Below are positions 18,969-29,359 of a DNA stretch of 64,000 bases, piece by piece. The position numbers and the translations under genes are program-made. Numbering within the stretch: the first letter of the stretch is position 1; every line of letters begins with the position of its first letter. Origin of the DNA: Fibrobacterales bacterium. GTDB lineage: Bacteria; Fibrobacterota; Fibrobacteria; Fibrobacterales; JAOPTW01. Where the stretch lies: NCBI GenBank assembly GCA_051532035.1, contig JAOPTW010000008.1, positions 32,001 to 96,000 of the forward strand, read 5' to 3'. The notes under the pieces are model-generated. The model did not search any database and was not told the origin of the DNA. It saw only the letters and a program-made list of their open reading frames with translations.

Positions 18969-21900
18969 TTATTGACCAATATCCATATACCAGATTTCCT
19001 GATTGTAGTTTCCAATTCCGTCTTTCCGGCCACCAAAAATCCACAATTTTTCATCATATGAGACAATGCGATGGTCACTCAAAGCACCTGTTGGTAAGCC
19101 CACAGAAAGTTCACTCCAGTTTCTACCATCAGTAGAGAATTTAACTTTATCAGTTTTTGGATTTTCTGAACCCCATTCATCACCACCAGTGAGCCACATT
19201 TTATTATCAAAAACAGCACCTGCCATATCAATATATTCAGTCCATCCATTATTATGTACATTAGTCCAGTTCGAAAAGCTACTCATTTGAGGAGTAGTAT
19301 ATACCTCTCCAGATCTTGTAATTACCCATACAGAGCCATTATAATAGTAGGCTTGCACATCACTCTCAGCAGGTAAATTTGTGCCTGCATGCTGTGTCCA
19401 AGTACCATCAGGGTAACGACAAGTGATATTATTATTTGAATACCCTCTAGTACTTCCCATTAAATGACATGCAGAATTTCCATAGCTAATTGCGCCAAAG
19501 TCATTATAACCAGTATGGAAGTCATGAGTTTCTTCTGATACTGTATAACCATTTATCACATATGATCTACTTCCTCCACTCATTAGTACTGTGGTACTAC
19601 CAGAATTCACTATCCGAGTATCATACCCACCAGAAACGTTATAGTTACCAAACATTGGGCTCCACGAGCTCCCATCTGTACTCGTATATATGCCCTGATT
19701 AGTATAGCCACCTATAGTCATAATCAGCATACCATCGTGTACCCCGCCACTCACTCCATGATTGGTCGTATACGCGATAGGTAATGAGTTTGCAGCTTTA
19801 ACCCATTGATACGCACGCACATCTACACTTGCTTGATTACATGCGCCAAACCGGTCACACACTTTCAAAACTATATTTGAACTTATTGGACTTGAATAGC
19901 TAAAACTTGTAGCGGCACCTGTTCGATCTTCCGAACCATCATTATTAACATCCCAAGAATAGAAGACTTCATCTCCATCTACATCAATAGCAGCGGCAGT
20001 TAATTGAACCGGCTCACTAGTGGGAACAAACTGATTCTCTATCATGCTTGATATTGTCGGAGCAGCATTCCTAACAAACTCTACATCTAGTCTATGATCA
20101 TCAAAAACATCAGTAAATGCATAACTCTCAATAGCTGTAACAAGCTCTCCATCAACTCTTACTACCCGTGCAACATAACCTGGCGACGGATTAAACAGCA
20201 CCGTAAGTGAGCTACCATGAGGTACATATACATCTCCTATATGAGAAGTATTCCCACTCCCCAATTTGGTAATAGAGATTCTATGTTCTCTCAGACTAAA
20301 ATCACCCCGAACCACTAAATCACTTTGAGCATTATAAATAACATCATTAGTTTTTGTTCCAATAGTTCCTTCAACCTGGAACCCAGTAAACTCATAGCCG
20401 GTTTGAGGGTGATTTGAAATAACAACATCTTCACCATGCTGCACTGTAACCTGCCCATCAATTGATCCACCCATCACAGAAGGGTACCAAATACGATATG
20501 TAATTCTTTCGAACACCCCACGAATTACTACACGTGAACGTACATTTATTAATTCATTACCGTTAAGGTCGGCTGTACCTGAAACTATCTCATAGCGAGC
20601 AAACTCGTAACCTGCCTCTGGTGCTGCAACCAATGAGACTATTCCACCATGTACAACAAATGAAGACCCTGTAATTGTTCCTCCGATAGATTGCATATAC
20701 GACACACTGTGTGTTTGTAATTGAAACACCCCACGGACGACGATATCTGAACGTACATTTATTAATTCATTACCTTGAATTTCGGCTATGCCTGAAACGA
20801 GCTCGTAGCCGACAAAAACATAACCATCTTCTGGTTGTGCATTTAACGCAACTACCCCACCATGCACTACACTCGCTGGCCCAGTAACAACACCACCTTG
20901 GATTGGAGCATATTCAATATTATGAAGCTCATCCCATTGAGCATAAAGGGTTTTATTTTCATTAGGAATTTCAATTATAGATTCATCGATATATTCAACA
21001 TTACCGGCGGGCTCACTTGCCCATCCTTCAAATACTCTATCCTCGTGTGTAAACTGGTTTGATTTAATGTGTACTGTTTCAGCAATTACTCCCCACTGAG
21101 GCGCCATCACTCCATTACCACCATTTGCATCAAAGACTAATTTTACCAGTGGTTCACATTGACTAAAACGGACATCTCCATCGCGTGAAAACATCTCCCA
21201 CGAATTACCATCATAGAGGCACGAAATACCAACACCACTCCAATAAAATGCTTGATTAAGTTGAGGATTAGTAGGAAGCTCATCAAAAGCCCCAATCCAC
21301 TGTACTCCAACTCCCGGTGCACCATCAGCTCCATCCTGACCATTTACACCATTTATTCCGTCAGTTCCATCTTGACCATTGACTCCATCAATTCCATTCC
21401 GGCCATTGAGGCCATCGAGCCCGTCATGACCAGCTACTCCTTGTTCGCCCTTTTCTCCATTCAATCCATTGGTACCATCACGGCCTGCAGGGCCCGTTGC
21501 ACCAACAGCAAAAAGCTCCCAAGTACCATCATTGAATACATAACTCTCTTCTGTTGCACTATGATGAAACGCCTCACCTTCAGCAGGTTCTTCAGGATGA
21601 GTATCCATAACTCCAAGCCACGAAATTTCTATTCCTCTTTCAGGATTCTGTAGATCATCACCTGCATATACCTCAATTTCGTAGAGTGAAAACCCCCACT
21701 GAGTAGCCCTTTTGATAAGATCAAGTTTTATGTAGCGATAAGAGCCATAAGAATCAATATGCTGATCAATTCCGCCATTTCCACCATACCGTGAAGAGAG
21801 CTCGGTCCAATTTTGGGAATCTTTTGAGCCTAAAACACGATAGTCTTTACCATAGGCCCCCTCCCACATTAATACAATTTTTTCAATGGGGTATTCTTTT

Positions 21901-22115
21901 TCTAAATCAATCTCATACCATTGGTTATCAAAGAAAGCTGATGCCCAACGAGTAGTCATACTGTTATCGAGCGCTTTACTTGCAGACAAAGAGCTCGATT
22001 CAGAAGATTTTGCTGTAGCAGGTTTATTTACCGAAACCAGTGTTAGATTTTGAGCTGATGCTATAACGGCAAAGAGTAATACACACCAGATAGTTAATTT
22101 ACGAAACGTAATCAT
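18969..22115 (-). CDS. Secreted multidomain protein: F5/8 type C (CBM32-like) + collagen-like Gly-X-Y + InlB B-type repeats + PKD + kelch-like beta-propeller
   Basis: Sec signal; KPATAKSSE..TTRWAS..QWYEIDL..WGFSLYEIEVY discoidin; about 21 GXY triplets; FDANGG..FEGW..LYAQW; YSWDVNNDG; FDNKMWLTGG/KLWIFGG blades. Confidence 0.82.
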   Translation of the reverse strand: MITFRKLTIWCVLLFAVIASAQNLTLVSVNKPATAKSSESSSLSASKALDNSMTTRWASAFFDNQWYEIDLEKEYPIEKIVLMWEGAYGKDYRVLGSKDSQNWTELSSRYGGNGGIDQHIDSYGSYRYIKLDLIKRATQWGFSLYEIEVYAGDDLQNPERGIEISWLGVMDTHPEEPAEGEAFHHSATEESYVFNDGTWELFAVGATGPAGRDGTNGLNGEKGEQGVAGHDGLDGLNGRNGIDGVNGQDGTDGINGVNGQDGADGAPGVGVQWIGAFDELPTNPQLNQAFYWSGVGISCLYDGNSWEMFSRDGDVRFSQCEPLVKLVFDANGGNGVMAPQWGVIAETVHIKSNQFTHEDRVFEGWASEPAGNVEYIDESIIEIPNENKTLYAQWDELHNIEYAPIQGGVVTGPASVVHGGVVALNAQPEDGYVFVGYELVSGIAEIQGNELINVRSDIVVRGVFQLQTHSVSYMQSIGGTITGSSFVVHGGIVSLVAAPEAGYEFARYEIVSGTADLNGNELINVRSRVVIRGVFERITYRIWYPSVMGGSIDGQVTVQHGEDVVISNHPQTGYEFTGFQVEGTIGTKTNDVIYNAQSDLVVRGDFSLREHRISITKLGSGNTSHIGDVYVPHGSSLTVLFNPSPGYVARVVRVDGELVTAIESYAFTDVFDDHRLDVEFVRNAAPTISSMIENQFVPTSEPVQLTAAAIDVDGDEVFYSWDVNNDGSEDRTGAATSFSYSSPISSNIVLKVCDRFGACNQASVDVRAYQWVKAANSLPIAYTTNHGVSGGVHDGMLIMTIGGYTNQGIYTSTDGSSWSPMFGNYNVSGGYDTRIVNSGSTTVLMSGGSRSYVINGYTVSEETHDFHTGYNDFGAISYGNSACHLMGSTRGYSNNNITCRYPDGTWTQHAGTNLPAESDVQAYYYNGSVWVITRSGEVYTTPQMSSFSNWTNVHNNGWTEYIDMAGAVFDNKMWLTGGDEWGSENPKTDKVKFSTDGRNWSELSVGLPTGALSDHRIVSYDEKLWIFGGRKDGIGNYNQEIWYMDIGQ
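21306..21503 (-). repeat. Collagen-like (Gly-X-Y)n coding repeat
   Basis: GATGPAGRDGTNGLNGEKGEQG...GQDGADGAPGVG. Confidence 0.9.
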
Positions 22116-22173
22116 TGTTTTCCTTTTTTAGGTTAGTTGTTATTAGGGTTTAAATTTTGTGAAGAAATAAAAC

Positions 22174-22210
22174 AATAGTCCTGATTCTGTGTATCAAAAT
22201 CAGGACTATT
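22174..22210 (-). terminator. Probable terminator/inverted repeat between the two large adhesin genes
   Basis: AATAGTCCTGATT-N11-AATCAGGACTATT. Confidence 0.7.
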
Positions 22211-22243
22211 TAATTGAATTATGTAATTAATGAAGGGTTAGAA

Positions 22244-25200
22244 CTATTGGCCGATATCCATATACCAGATTTCCTGGTTATAGTTTCCAATACCGTCTTT
22301 AGCCCCACCAACAATCCACATTTTATTATCATATGAAACCATTCTATGTGTACTCATCGCACCAGTTGGTAAGCCTACAGAAAGATCTGACCAATTAATC
22401 CCATCAGTTGAGAATTTTACATTGTCAGTCTTTGGAGCTGTAGAACCCCATCCATCTCCACCAGATAACCACATTTTATTATCAAAAACAGTACCCGCCA
22501 TTCGCGAATAACTTGTCCATCCATGGTTATGGAGATTAGTCCAATTAGAATAACTACTTATATGGCTAGTAGTGTAAACACTTCCTACACTGGTTATTAC
22601 CCAGGATTTACCATTATAATAATATCCATGAACATCATCCTCAGCAGGTAAATTTGTTCCTGAATGTTGAATCCATGTTCCATCAGAGTACCGACATGTT
22701 ACGTTATTATTTGAATAGCCTCTAGTACTTCCCATTAAATGACATGCTTTATTTCCATAGGCCACTACACCAAAACCATTATAACTCGTAGTATAACTAC
22801 GATACTCTAAAGCAATTGAGGTCCCATTGAGCACATAGTCACCACTACTGCCATCCAACAATATAGTCTCAGTACCAGAATTAACAATTTTAATATCATA
22901 TCCACCACCTAAGTTGTGTGAGCCTCCAAAGTGTGTCCATGATACACCATCTTGACTCGTATATATCCCTTGATTAGGATACCCACCAATTGTAATGATT
23001 AATTTCCCATCATGAACCCCTCCACTCATACCATGATTCGTAGCATGAAGAATCGGCAAACTCGTTGCAGTTCTCACCCAACGATAAGCACGTAGCTCTA
23101 CTGATTGATCATTACATGCACCAAAGCGGTCACAAACCGTTAATTCAATATCTGAGCTTAAAGGGCTGGTATACGTAAAACTAGCATTCGCCCCTGTTCT
23201 ATCAGTAGTACCATTACCATCAACATCCCATGAGTAAGTGACAGCATCTCCATTAGCATCAGCAGCTGCCGCTGTTAATGATACGCTTTCATTGATCGGT
23301 ACAAATTTACTGCCTATCATAGATGAAATTGTCGGAGCTGCATTTACCGCAAAACCAACCTCTAAGGTACGCGCACTGGTAACATTACTAAATGTATAGC
23401 CCGTAAAGTTCGTCACTGTAGCTCCGTCCACCTTAACCGTGCGAGCAACATTCCCATGTGCAGGCGAAAAGGTAACCGGTAACGAACCACCATGGGTTAC
23501 ATTTACATCACCAATACGAGACGTTGATCCACTACCCGTTGTTGTAATGGTTATTTTATACTGTTTAAGACTAAAATTAGCTGTAATTTGAGCGTTCGAC
23601 TTAACATCTTCTAATGTATGGCCATTTATCACTCCTGCATCTGAAGGATTAACCGTATACCCATCAAATTGGTAACCACTTGTAGGAACCGGAGATAGTA
23701 ATATATCACTACCATAAGTGGCAGTTGGTACACCAGTTAAGTCTCCTCCTGCTGTTGCATTATAAGTAAAGTTCAATGTTTTAAAAGTGAACTCCCCACG
23801 CACCGTAAGGTTACTCTGAACATTATAGACTCCATTTACATCGCTCGACCCAAAAGTCCCTTCAATAGTCACATCAGAGAATACATGAGAAATCAAAGGA
23901 TGCTTTGTAATACTAATGTTTTCACCATGAAGAACGGAGATTGGTCCATGTATTTCACCACCTGCAACAGACGTATACGCTATAGAGTAGGTTTTCTTTT
24001 CGAACGTTGGGGTAATTGTAATATTACCACGAATATTCTGAACTGTCTGCCCTACCTTTGTTCCTGGACCCGATACTGTCCAATCTGCCAATTGATACCC
24101 TTGATCTGCACTAAAAGTAAGATTGATTGATCCACCGTGAGATGCTACCTTAGGTCCTGTCACTGAGCCTCCAGTCGTTGTAGCATACGATACGTTATAA
24201 GTATTTTGACTAAATTCTGACTCAATAACCAGTGGCGAAGTAATATTTGTTAACCGGTTTCCAATTAATACCGCATCACCGCTTCTTAATGTATACTGAA
24301 TAAAAGTAAACCCTGCTTCAGGTATATTTGATAAGGTTGCACTACCACCATGATTCACCGTCTCTGGATCCACTGTTACTACACCATTAGGATTACCAAT
24401 AATTGATACATTATATGTTTTTAAAGAGAATGACCCTCTTAACGTAATATCAGTCGTAATCTCTCTAATTTGTGAGCCAACCTTTCTTGCATCACCTGAT
24501 ACAACAGTAAAGTCATGATATTGATACCCTTCATCAGGAGTATTACTCACTGTAATCTCTCCACCATAATAAACAGTTGCATCACCAAAAATAGTTCCAC
24601 CTTGTGAAGTCTCATAGGTAATGGTAAACTGCAGGCTACTAAACTTACCACGAATAGTTAAGTCCGAAGTAATATTAACTAAGTCATTACCATTTAAATC
24701 TGCATCACCTGTCTGGATATATTTAACAAATTCGTATCCAGTAACTGGGGTATTACTTAATGTGGCACTCCCTCCATGGCTTACTGTATTATTATCTACA
24801 ATAACTGCACCAAAACCATCAGGAATTATAGTGATCGTATAGGACTTAATTTCAAAGATTCCACGGACAACGACATCACCAGCTATGTTTTTTAACAAGC
24901 TACCATCAACATCTGCATTTCCACTTACAATTTCATAACGAATAAAATCATATCCTGTACTTGGAGTATTGTTTAATGTTATTGAACCACCATGATCGGC
25001 AGATACAGGCCCTGTGATACTACCATATACTGAAGACTGATACTCTATCGTATAGGACTTTCTACTAAAAGTACCGCGAACCGTTACATCTGAGTAGACA
25101 TTTACGAGTTCATTTCCAATCACATCAGCATTTCCAGTTACGTCATACGCATCAAATTGATATCCTACATCTGGGGATGGCTCTATGGTCACTGATCCGC

Positions 25201-28200
25201 CATGACTTACTGTTTCCCCACCACTCACCGAACCATTATTGGTGTATGGGTAACGAATACGATACTGTTTAAGAGTAAAGGTACCTCGAATCACAATAGT
25301 AGATGTAACATTTGTTAAATCATCTCCAATAAGTTCCGCATCACCACTCAAAATTTCATACCCAGTAAAATCATAACCTGTTTCGGGATTTTTTGACAAA
25401 TCAACTGTTCTACCATGTAGGACTTCAGTATTACCCGAAATTGTTCCACCATTTGAAGTCTGATACTCAATAACATAAGACTTTCTACTAAATACACCCT
25501 TAATGGTTATATTCGAACGTACCTCAGTGACAGAGTGCCCTTGTACTGTCCCAGTTCCTTGAATAATGTCAAATCTTACAAAATCATATCCAGCATTCGC
25601 CGATGTAGTCAACTGAACAGAACCTCCATGATCAACGTTAGCTGATGACCCTTCAACGACCCCACCAACAGTTGATTCAAAACGCACTTGATACTTCTTA
25701 AGGTCAAACACCCCCTCTACTGTGATATTAGAAGTAATATTCTGAACTTGGTTTCCCAGTACCGTTGCATTTCCAACAACTGAAAGAGCAATAAAGTCAT
25801 ATCCTTCATTGGTAATTGCTGTAACGGGAACAGTGCTACCATGAGTAATAGTTGTGTTACCTGTTACCGATCCACCGGAATTACTCACATACGATACTGT
25901 ATAAGTATTTATCTCAAAATGCCCACTGATGACAATATCAGATGTCACGTTTATAAGAGCATTTCCATTTATATCAGCCGATCCTGATTCTACAATAAAC
26001 TCTTCAAAATGATGGCCTGTGATTGAACTATGTGTTAGCGAAACAGATCCTCCGTGAGCTACACGATCATCTCCATCAATTGTTCCACCATAAGTATTTC
26101 TGTAAGTGATTTCATAAACTCTTTGAGAGAATTGGCCCGTTATGGTTATATCTGAGGTAATATTACTCAATACATCTCTATCTAAATCAGCAGTACCATT
26201 AACATCATAGCGTACAAAGTTAAATCCAGCTTCAGGAAAATTCTCAAGTGTAATTGCTCCCCCGTATTCAACACTTGTAAGACCACTAACCGATCCATTT
26301 TGTGAAGTAGCAAAGGCTATGGTAAAATAAATACGTTCCCACTCAGCATAGAGAACCACATCGTCGCCACCCATAGTAAAAGATTCTTGATCAACATAAG
26401 CAATTGCACCTCCCGCTGTTGTAGACCAACCTTTAAACGTATAACCAATTCTTTCAAAAGCATTTTCTGGAAGAGTTACCGCAGCATCAGTAGTTGCGTA
26501 ATGAAGTGCCATTGTTCCTCTAGATGCACCATTAGCCATAAAAGTAATACTATTAGTATTTGCAGCCCATTGAGCAAAGAGTTCTACACCTTCTGCCGCC
26601 ATCACATACTCAGCTTGTTCGCCATATACAACCGCACCATTTTCTGTGAGGGCCCAGCCAGCAAAGCTATATCCTGGTTTTATAAAACTATTTTCAGTCA
26701 ATTCTATTGTTACATTAGTTGCCGCAACTTGAACTGCCATGTTACCCGAACCGCCATTGGCATTAAACAATACCGAATTATCCAGTGCAGACCAAACAGC
26801 ATACAATGCTTGAGCACCTGCTCCCATGGTAAATTCAGAATTATCATCATACACTACAACATCACTGTCTGTTAATGCCCATCCTTGAAAGGCATACCCA
26901 GAACGAACATATTGATTAACGGGTAGAGTTCCCTTCTCATCTGTATCCATAGAAACATCATCCATATTTCCTGTTTCTGATCCATTACCAGCAAAAGAAA
27001 GTACATTATTATTTGCAGACCATTGGGCATACAATGTTACACTTGAGACTCCCATAGTATATTGAGCTTGATTTTCTATCGAAACAGCACCATCAACAGT
27101 TGTTGACCAACCTATGAACTGATAACCCTCTTTTTCAAAGGTAACAGCAGGCAATTGTGCAGTAGCTACTGTTGCAATTTCAACAGCAGGCATTGTTCCT
27201 GCCCCACTATTCGCCTCAAAGCTTACAGTATTTATTTGTGCTGACCATTGAGCGAACAACGTTGTGTCCTGAGTAATTCTATCTGCTGTATAACTCCAAC
27301 TATTCGTGAGTTCTACCTCTTTACACCAACCACCAAAGTGATAGCCTTGTTTTGAAGGATGTATCGCCGATTCGAAAAGCGCTCCCTTTGATTTAATAAT
27401 TTGGCTATTAATAGTGCCAACACCACCTGAAAGATTAAAATCAACAGTAAAGTTTTCTACAGTAGTAGTATCGTACACAACATTTCCATCATCATCAGTA
27501 GCTCGTAGTATATAACTATAAACACCATCAGTACCAGAATTCACCCAATCAACCTTTGTGCTCGTCTCTAAAACAAGCCAAGCGGTATCAGCTACTTCTT
27601 TGAAGGCATACTCTTCAATTTCACCAAATCCATCAGTACCTACCCAAGAGAAGTACAATGAATCAACACCAACATTTAAAGTGTCTTCATATACGAGGGA
27701 TACAACAGGCTTATCCTGAAGTACTTCGACATTCACGACAGATTCAACAATATTGCCATCGTTATCAGTTACTCGTATAGATACTGGGTACTCGATTACA
27801 GCGACAGAAGGTAATTGAAGAGATAGTGTTGGAGTAATTGTCTCTATGTACTCATTATCACCATACTTCCATTCAGTCATGGTAATCAAACCACCATTAA
27901 GTGAATCTCCCGAAGCATAAGTTACTGAAATCAAGTCATTTATTGAGGCTGCAGGAACCGGTTCTATTGTAAGCCAAGGTTTTGCATTCCATGCATCAAT
28001 AGGTGCAATGGCAATATTTAATTGAGCAATAGTAAAAACTTGATGAGCAACCCCAGTAACTCGCTCTCGGCTATCTTTTATATTCACATCTACAGTGTAA
28101 TTCATTCCAGGTTGGCGAAGGTCATAATGCCCTGCATACGTACCTGATTCATAGTCAACAACTGCACTTATCAGCACTGGAGCAATCAAATTATCACCAG

Positions 28201-28930
28201 TAAGTATCATTTCTACTTCTGCAGCATCAGTAACATGTGCAGACAAACTACCATTAAAGAAAACACGTTTCGTTGGATCGGGGAATACCACAACCACAAT
28301 ACTATCAGTTATTGTATGATATGCGTCGGTAACGGTATACTTGCCTACAAATGTTCCTGGTGTGCTATACACACATTTCATACCTTTTGAATGGCCAGTA
28401 ACAACAGTACTATTATCACTGCATACAGAAGAAAAGGTGACTGCTGCATCATCATCAGTCCATGTTGTGGTGAGAATTAAGCTATCCCCTACCATTACGC
28501 GAGCGCTGTCACTACTTAAAGAAACTATAGGTACCTTATTGACAGGCTTAGCCGTAAAGCGATATTGATTATCCAACAATACAGCATTAGCAGTATCCAC
28601 AACAAAAGATTCTTTTTGCATTCCGATATAATTGTTTTGTGAAAATAATTTATACTCAACTGCAAATGTATCATTCAGTCGTTGTGATAGGTCAATCACC
28701 GCCGGGGCATTGAGCTGGACCACAGTATCAGTAACTTGGCCATTTTGGATCTCTATAATTATCGAATCAGCAGTCACTCCCATTGCGACGGCATCAACAA
28801 TATAGTTTACAGAGAGTGCCACCGAATCAGCGGACGACTCTCCTTTTGGTTTTTCATTATCATCGAAAATACAAGACATCATCACAAAAGATGTCAATAT
28901 TAATAGTGTTAATAATTTTTTAAGAAACAT
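22244..28930 (-). CDS. Giant (~2228 aa) surface lipoprotein: Ig/PKD-like domains, 5 InlB B-repeats, ~14 divergent InlB-like repeats, PKD, kelch-like propeller
   Basis: ATG at 28930 (MFLKKLLTLLILTSFVMMSC lipobox, AAGG upstream); repeated F.ANGG.G.M..GY.F.GW..LYAQW and Y.I.Y...GG.V.G..V.HGG..P..GY.F units. Confidence 0.85.
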   Translation of the reverse strand: MFLKKLLTLLILTSFVMMSCIFDDNEKPKGESSADSVALSVNYIVDAVAMGVTADSIIIEIQNGQVTDTVVQLNAPAVIDLSQRLNDTFAVEYKLFSQNNYIGMQKESFVVDTANAVLLDNQYRFTAKPVNKVPIVSLSSDSARVMVGDSLILTTTWTDDDAAVTFSSVCSDNSTVVTGHSKGMKCVYSTPGTFVGKYTVTDAYHTITDSIVVVVFPDPTKRVFFNGSLSAHVTDAAEVEMILTGDNLIAPVLISAVVDYESGTYAGHYDLRQPGMNYTVDVNIKDSRERVTGVAHQVFTIAQLNIAIAPIDAWNAKPWLTIEPVPAASINDLISVTYASGDSLNGGLITMTEWKYGDNEYIETITPTLSLQLPSVAVIEYPVSIRVTDNDGNIVESVVNVEVLQDKPVVSLVYEDTLNVGVDSLYFSWVGTDGFGEIEEYAFKEVADTAWLVLETSTKVDWVNSGTDGVYSYILRATDDDGNVVYDTTTVENFTVDFNLSGGVGTINSQIIKSKGALFESAIHPSKQGYHFGGWCKEVELTNSWSYTADRITQDTTLFAQWSAQINTVSFEANSGAGTMPAVEIATVATAQLPAVTFEKEGYQFIGWSTTVDGAVSIENQAQYTMGVSSVTLYAQWSANNNVLSFAGNGSETGNMDDVSMDTDEKGTLPVNQYVRSGYAFQGWALTDSDVVVYDDNSEFTMGAGAQALYAVWSALDNSVLFNANGGSGNMAVQVAATNVTIELTENSFIKPGYSFAGWALTENGAVVYGEQAEYVMAAEGVELFAQWAANTNSITFMANGASRGTMALHYATTDAAVTLPENAFERIGYTFKGWSTTAGGAIAYVDQESFTMGGDDVVLYAEWERIYFTIAFATSQNGSVSGLTSVEYGGAITLENFPEAGFNFVRYDVNGTADLDRDVLSNITSDITITGQFSQRVYEITYRNTYGGTIDGDDRVAHGGSVSLTHSSITGHHFEEFIVESGSADINGNALINVTSDIVISGHFEINTYTVSYVSNSGGSVTGNTTITHGSTVPVTAITNEGYDFIALSVVGNATVLGNQVQNITSNITVEGVFDLKKYQVRFESTVGGVVEGSSANVDHGGSVQLTTSANAGYDFVRFDIIQGTGTVQGHSVTEVRSNITIKGVFSRKSYVIEYQTSNGGTISGNTEVLHGRTVDLSKNPETGYDFTGYEILSGDAELIGDDLTNVTSTIVIRGTFTLKQYRIRYPYTNNGSVSGGETVSHGGSVTIEPSPDVGYQFDAYDVTGNADVIGNELVNVYSDVTVRGTFSRKSYTIEYQSSVYGSITGPVSADHGGSITLNNTPSTGYDFIRYEIVSGNADVDGSLLKNIAGDVVVRGIFEIKSYTITIIPDGFGAVIVDNNTVSHGGSATLSNTPVTGYEFVKYIQTGDADLNGNDLVNITSDLTIRGKFSSLQFTITYETSQGGTIFGDATVYYGGEITVSNTPDEGYQYHDFTVVSGDARKVGSQIREITTDITLRGSFSLKTYNVSIIGNPNGVVTVDPETVNHGGSATLSNIPEAGFTFIQYTLRSGDAVLIGNRLTNITSPLVIESEFSQNTYNVSYATTTGGSVTGPKVASHGGSINLTFSADQGYQLADWTVSGPGTKVGQTVQNIRGNITITPTFEKKTYSIAYTSVAGGEIHGPISVLHGENISITKHPLISHVFSDVTIEGTFGSSDVNGVYNVQSNLTVRGEFTFKTLNFTYNATAGGDLTGVPTATYGSDILLSPVPTSGYQFDGYTVNPSDAGVINGHTLEDVKSNAQITANFSLKQYKITITTTGSGSTSRIGDVNVTHGGSLPVTFSPAHGNVARTVKVDGATVTNFTGYTFSNVTSARTLEVGFAVNAAPTISSMIGSKFVPINESVSLTAAAADANGDAVTYSWDVDGNGTTDRTGANASFTYTSPLSSDIELTVCDRFGACNDQSVELRAYRWVRTATSLPILHATNHGMSGGVHDGKLIITIGGYPNQGIYTSQDGVSWTHFGGSHNLGGGYDIKIVNSGTETILLDGSSGDYVLNGTSIALEYRSYTTSYNGFGVVAYGNKACHLMGSTRGYSNNNVTCRYSDGTWIQHSGTNLPAEDDVHGYYYNGKSWVITSVGSVYTTSHISSYSNWTNLHNHGWTSYSRMAGTVFDNKMWLSGGDGWGSTAPKTDNVKFSTDGINWSDLSVGLPTGAMSTHRMVSYDNKMWIVGGAKDGIGNYNQEIWYMDIGQ

Positions 28931-29021
28931 ATTTTTCCTTGTTAAAAGTGATAACCGAGTATATAAACGATTACTAAACGGTAAAGACAATTTAGAAATT
29001 GCAAACACAATTACAACACTC

Positions 29022-29069
29022 GTGTGACTAAAGTGTGACAATTCACACAGCGTGAACACTATTGTGTAA
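29022..29069. promoter_or_regulatory. Cluster of GTGTGAC direct repeats (11-bp period) and ATTCAC-N5-GTGAAC palindrome
   Basis: GTGTGAC at 29022 and 29033; palindrome at 29041-29057; lies in a divergent intergenic region. Confidence 0.45.
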
Positions 29070-29359
29070 ATTATTATTTACAAACGTTTGATTACAAAAT
29101 TTTATTAGTAAGAACAAAAACGGCTTATCATATTTAACACCAAAATTCGGTAAAACTTCGAAAGTGCAAGGCTTGAAAGTGTCGACACTTAAAATCGTGT
29201 TTTTAAGAAACCCTAGGGGATAGATACAGCATAACTTAAAAATAGTGAAACTTTTGTAAGGAGCTGATTTTACTAATTTTCTTTTTTACATTTCATACCG
29301 TTTTTATTTGTCTATTGGTACGCCCGTACCTTAATTCGTTTTTATATGCAGGAGACATA

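Noticed and set aside
22244..27480. Periodic DNA pattern resembling an array
   Set aside because: Explained by degenerate ~71-aa protein repeats in one ORF; there are no identical repeats with unique spacers, so it is not CRISPR.
29033..29048. Rex/CRP site at GTGTGA-CAAT-TCACAC
   Set aside because: TGTGA-TCACA spacing is 4 bp rather than the 6 bp those regulators need.
28931..29059. N-terminal extension of the 2271-aa ORF
   Set aside because: The signal peptide and RBS fit ATG at 28930; the extension runs through AT-rich regulatory DNA.
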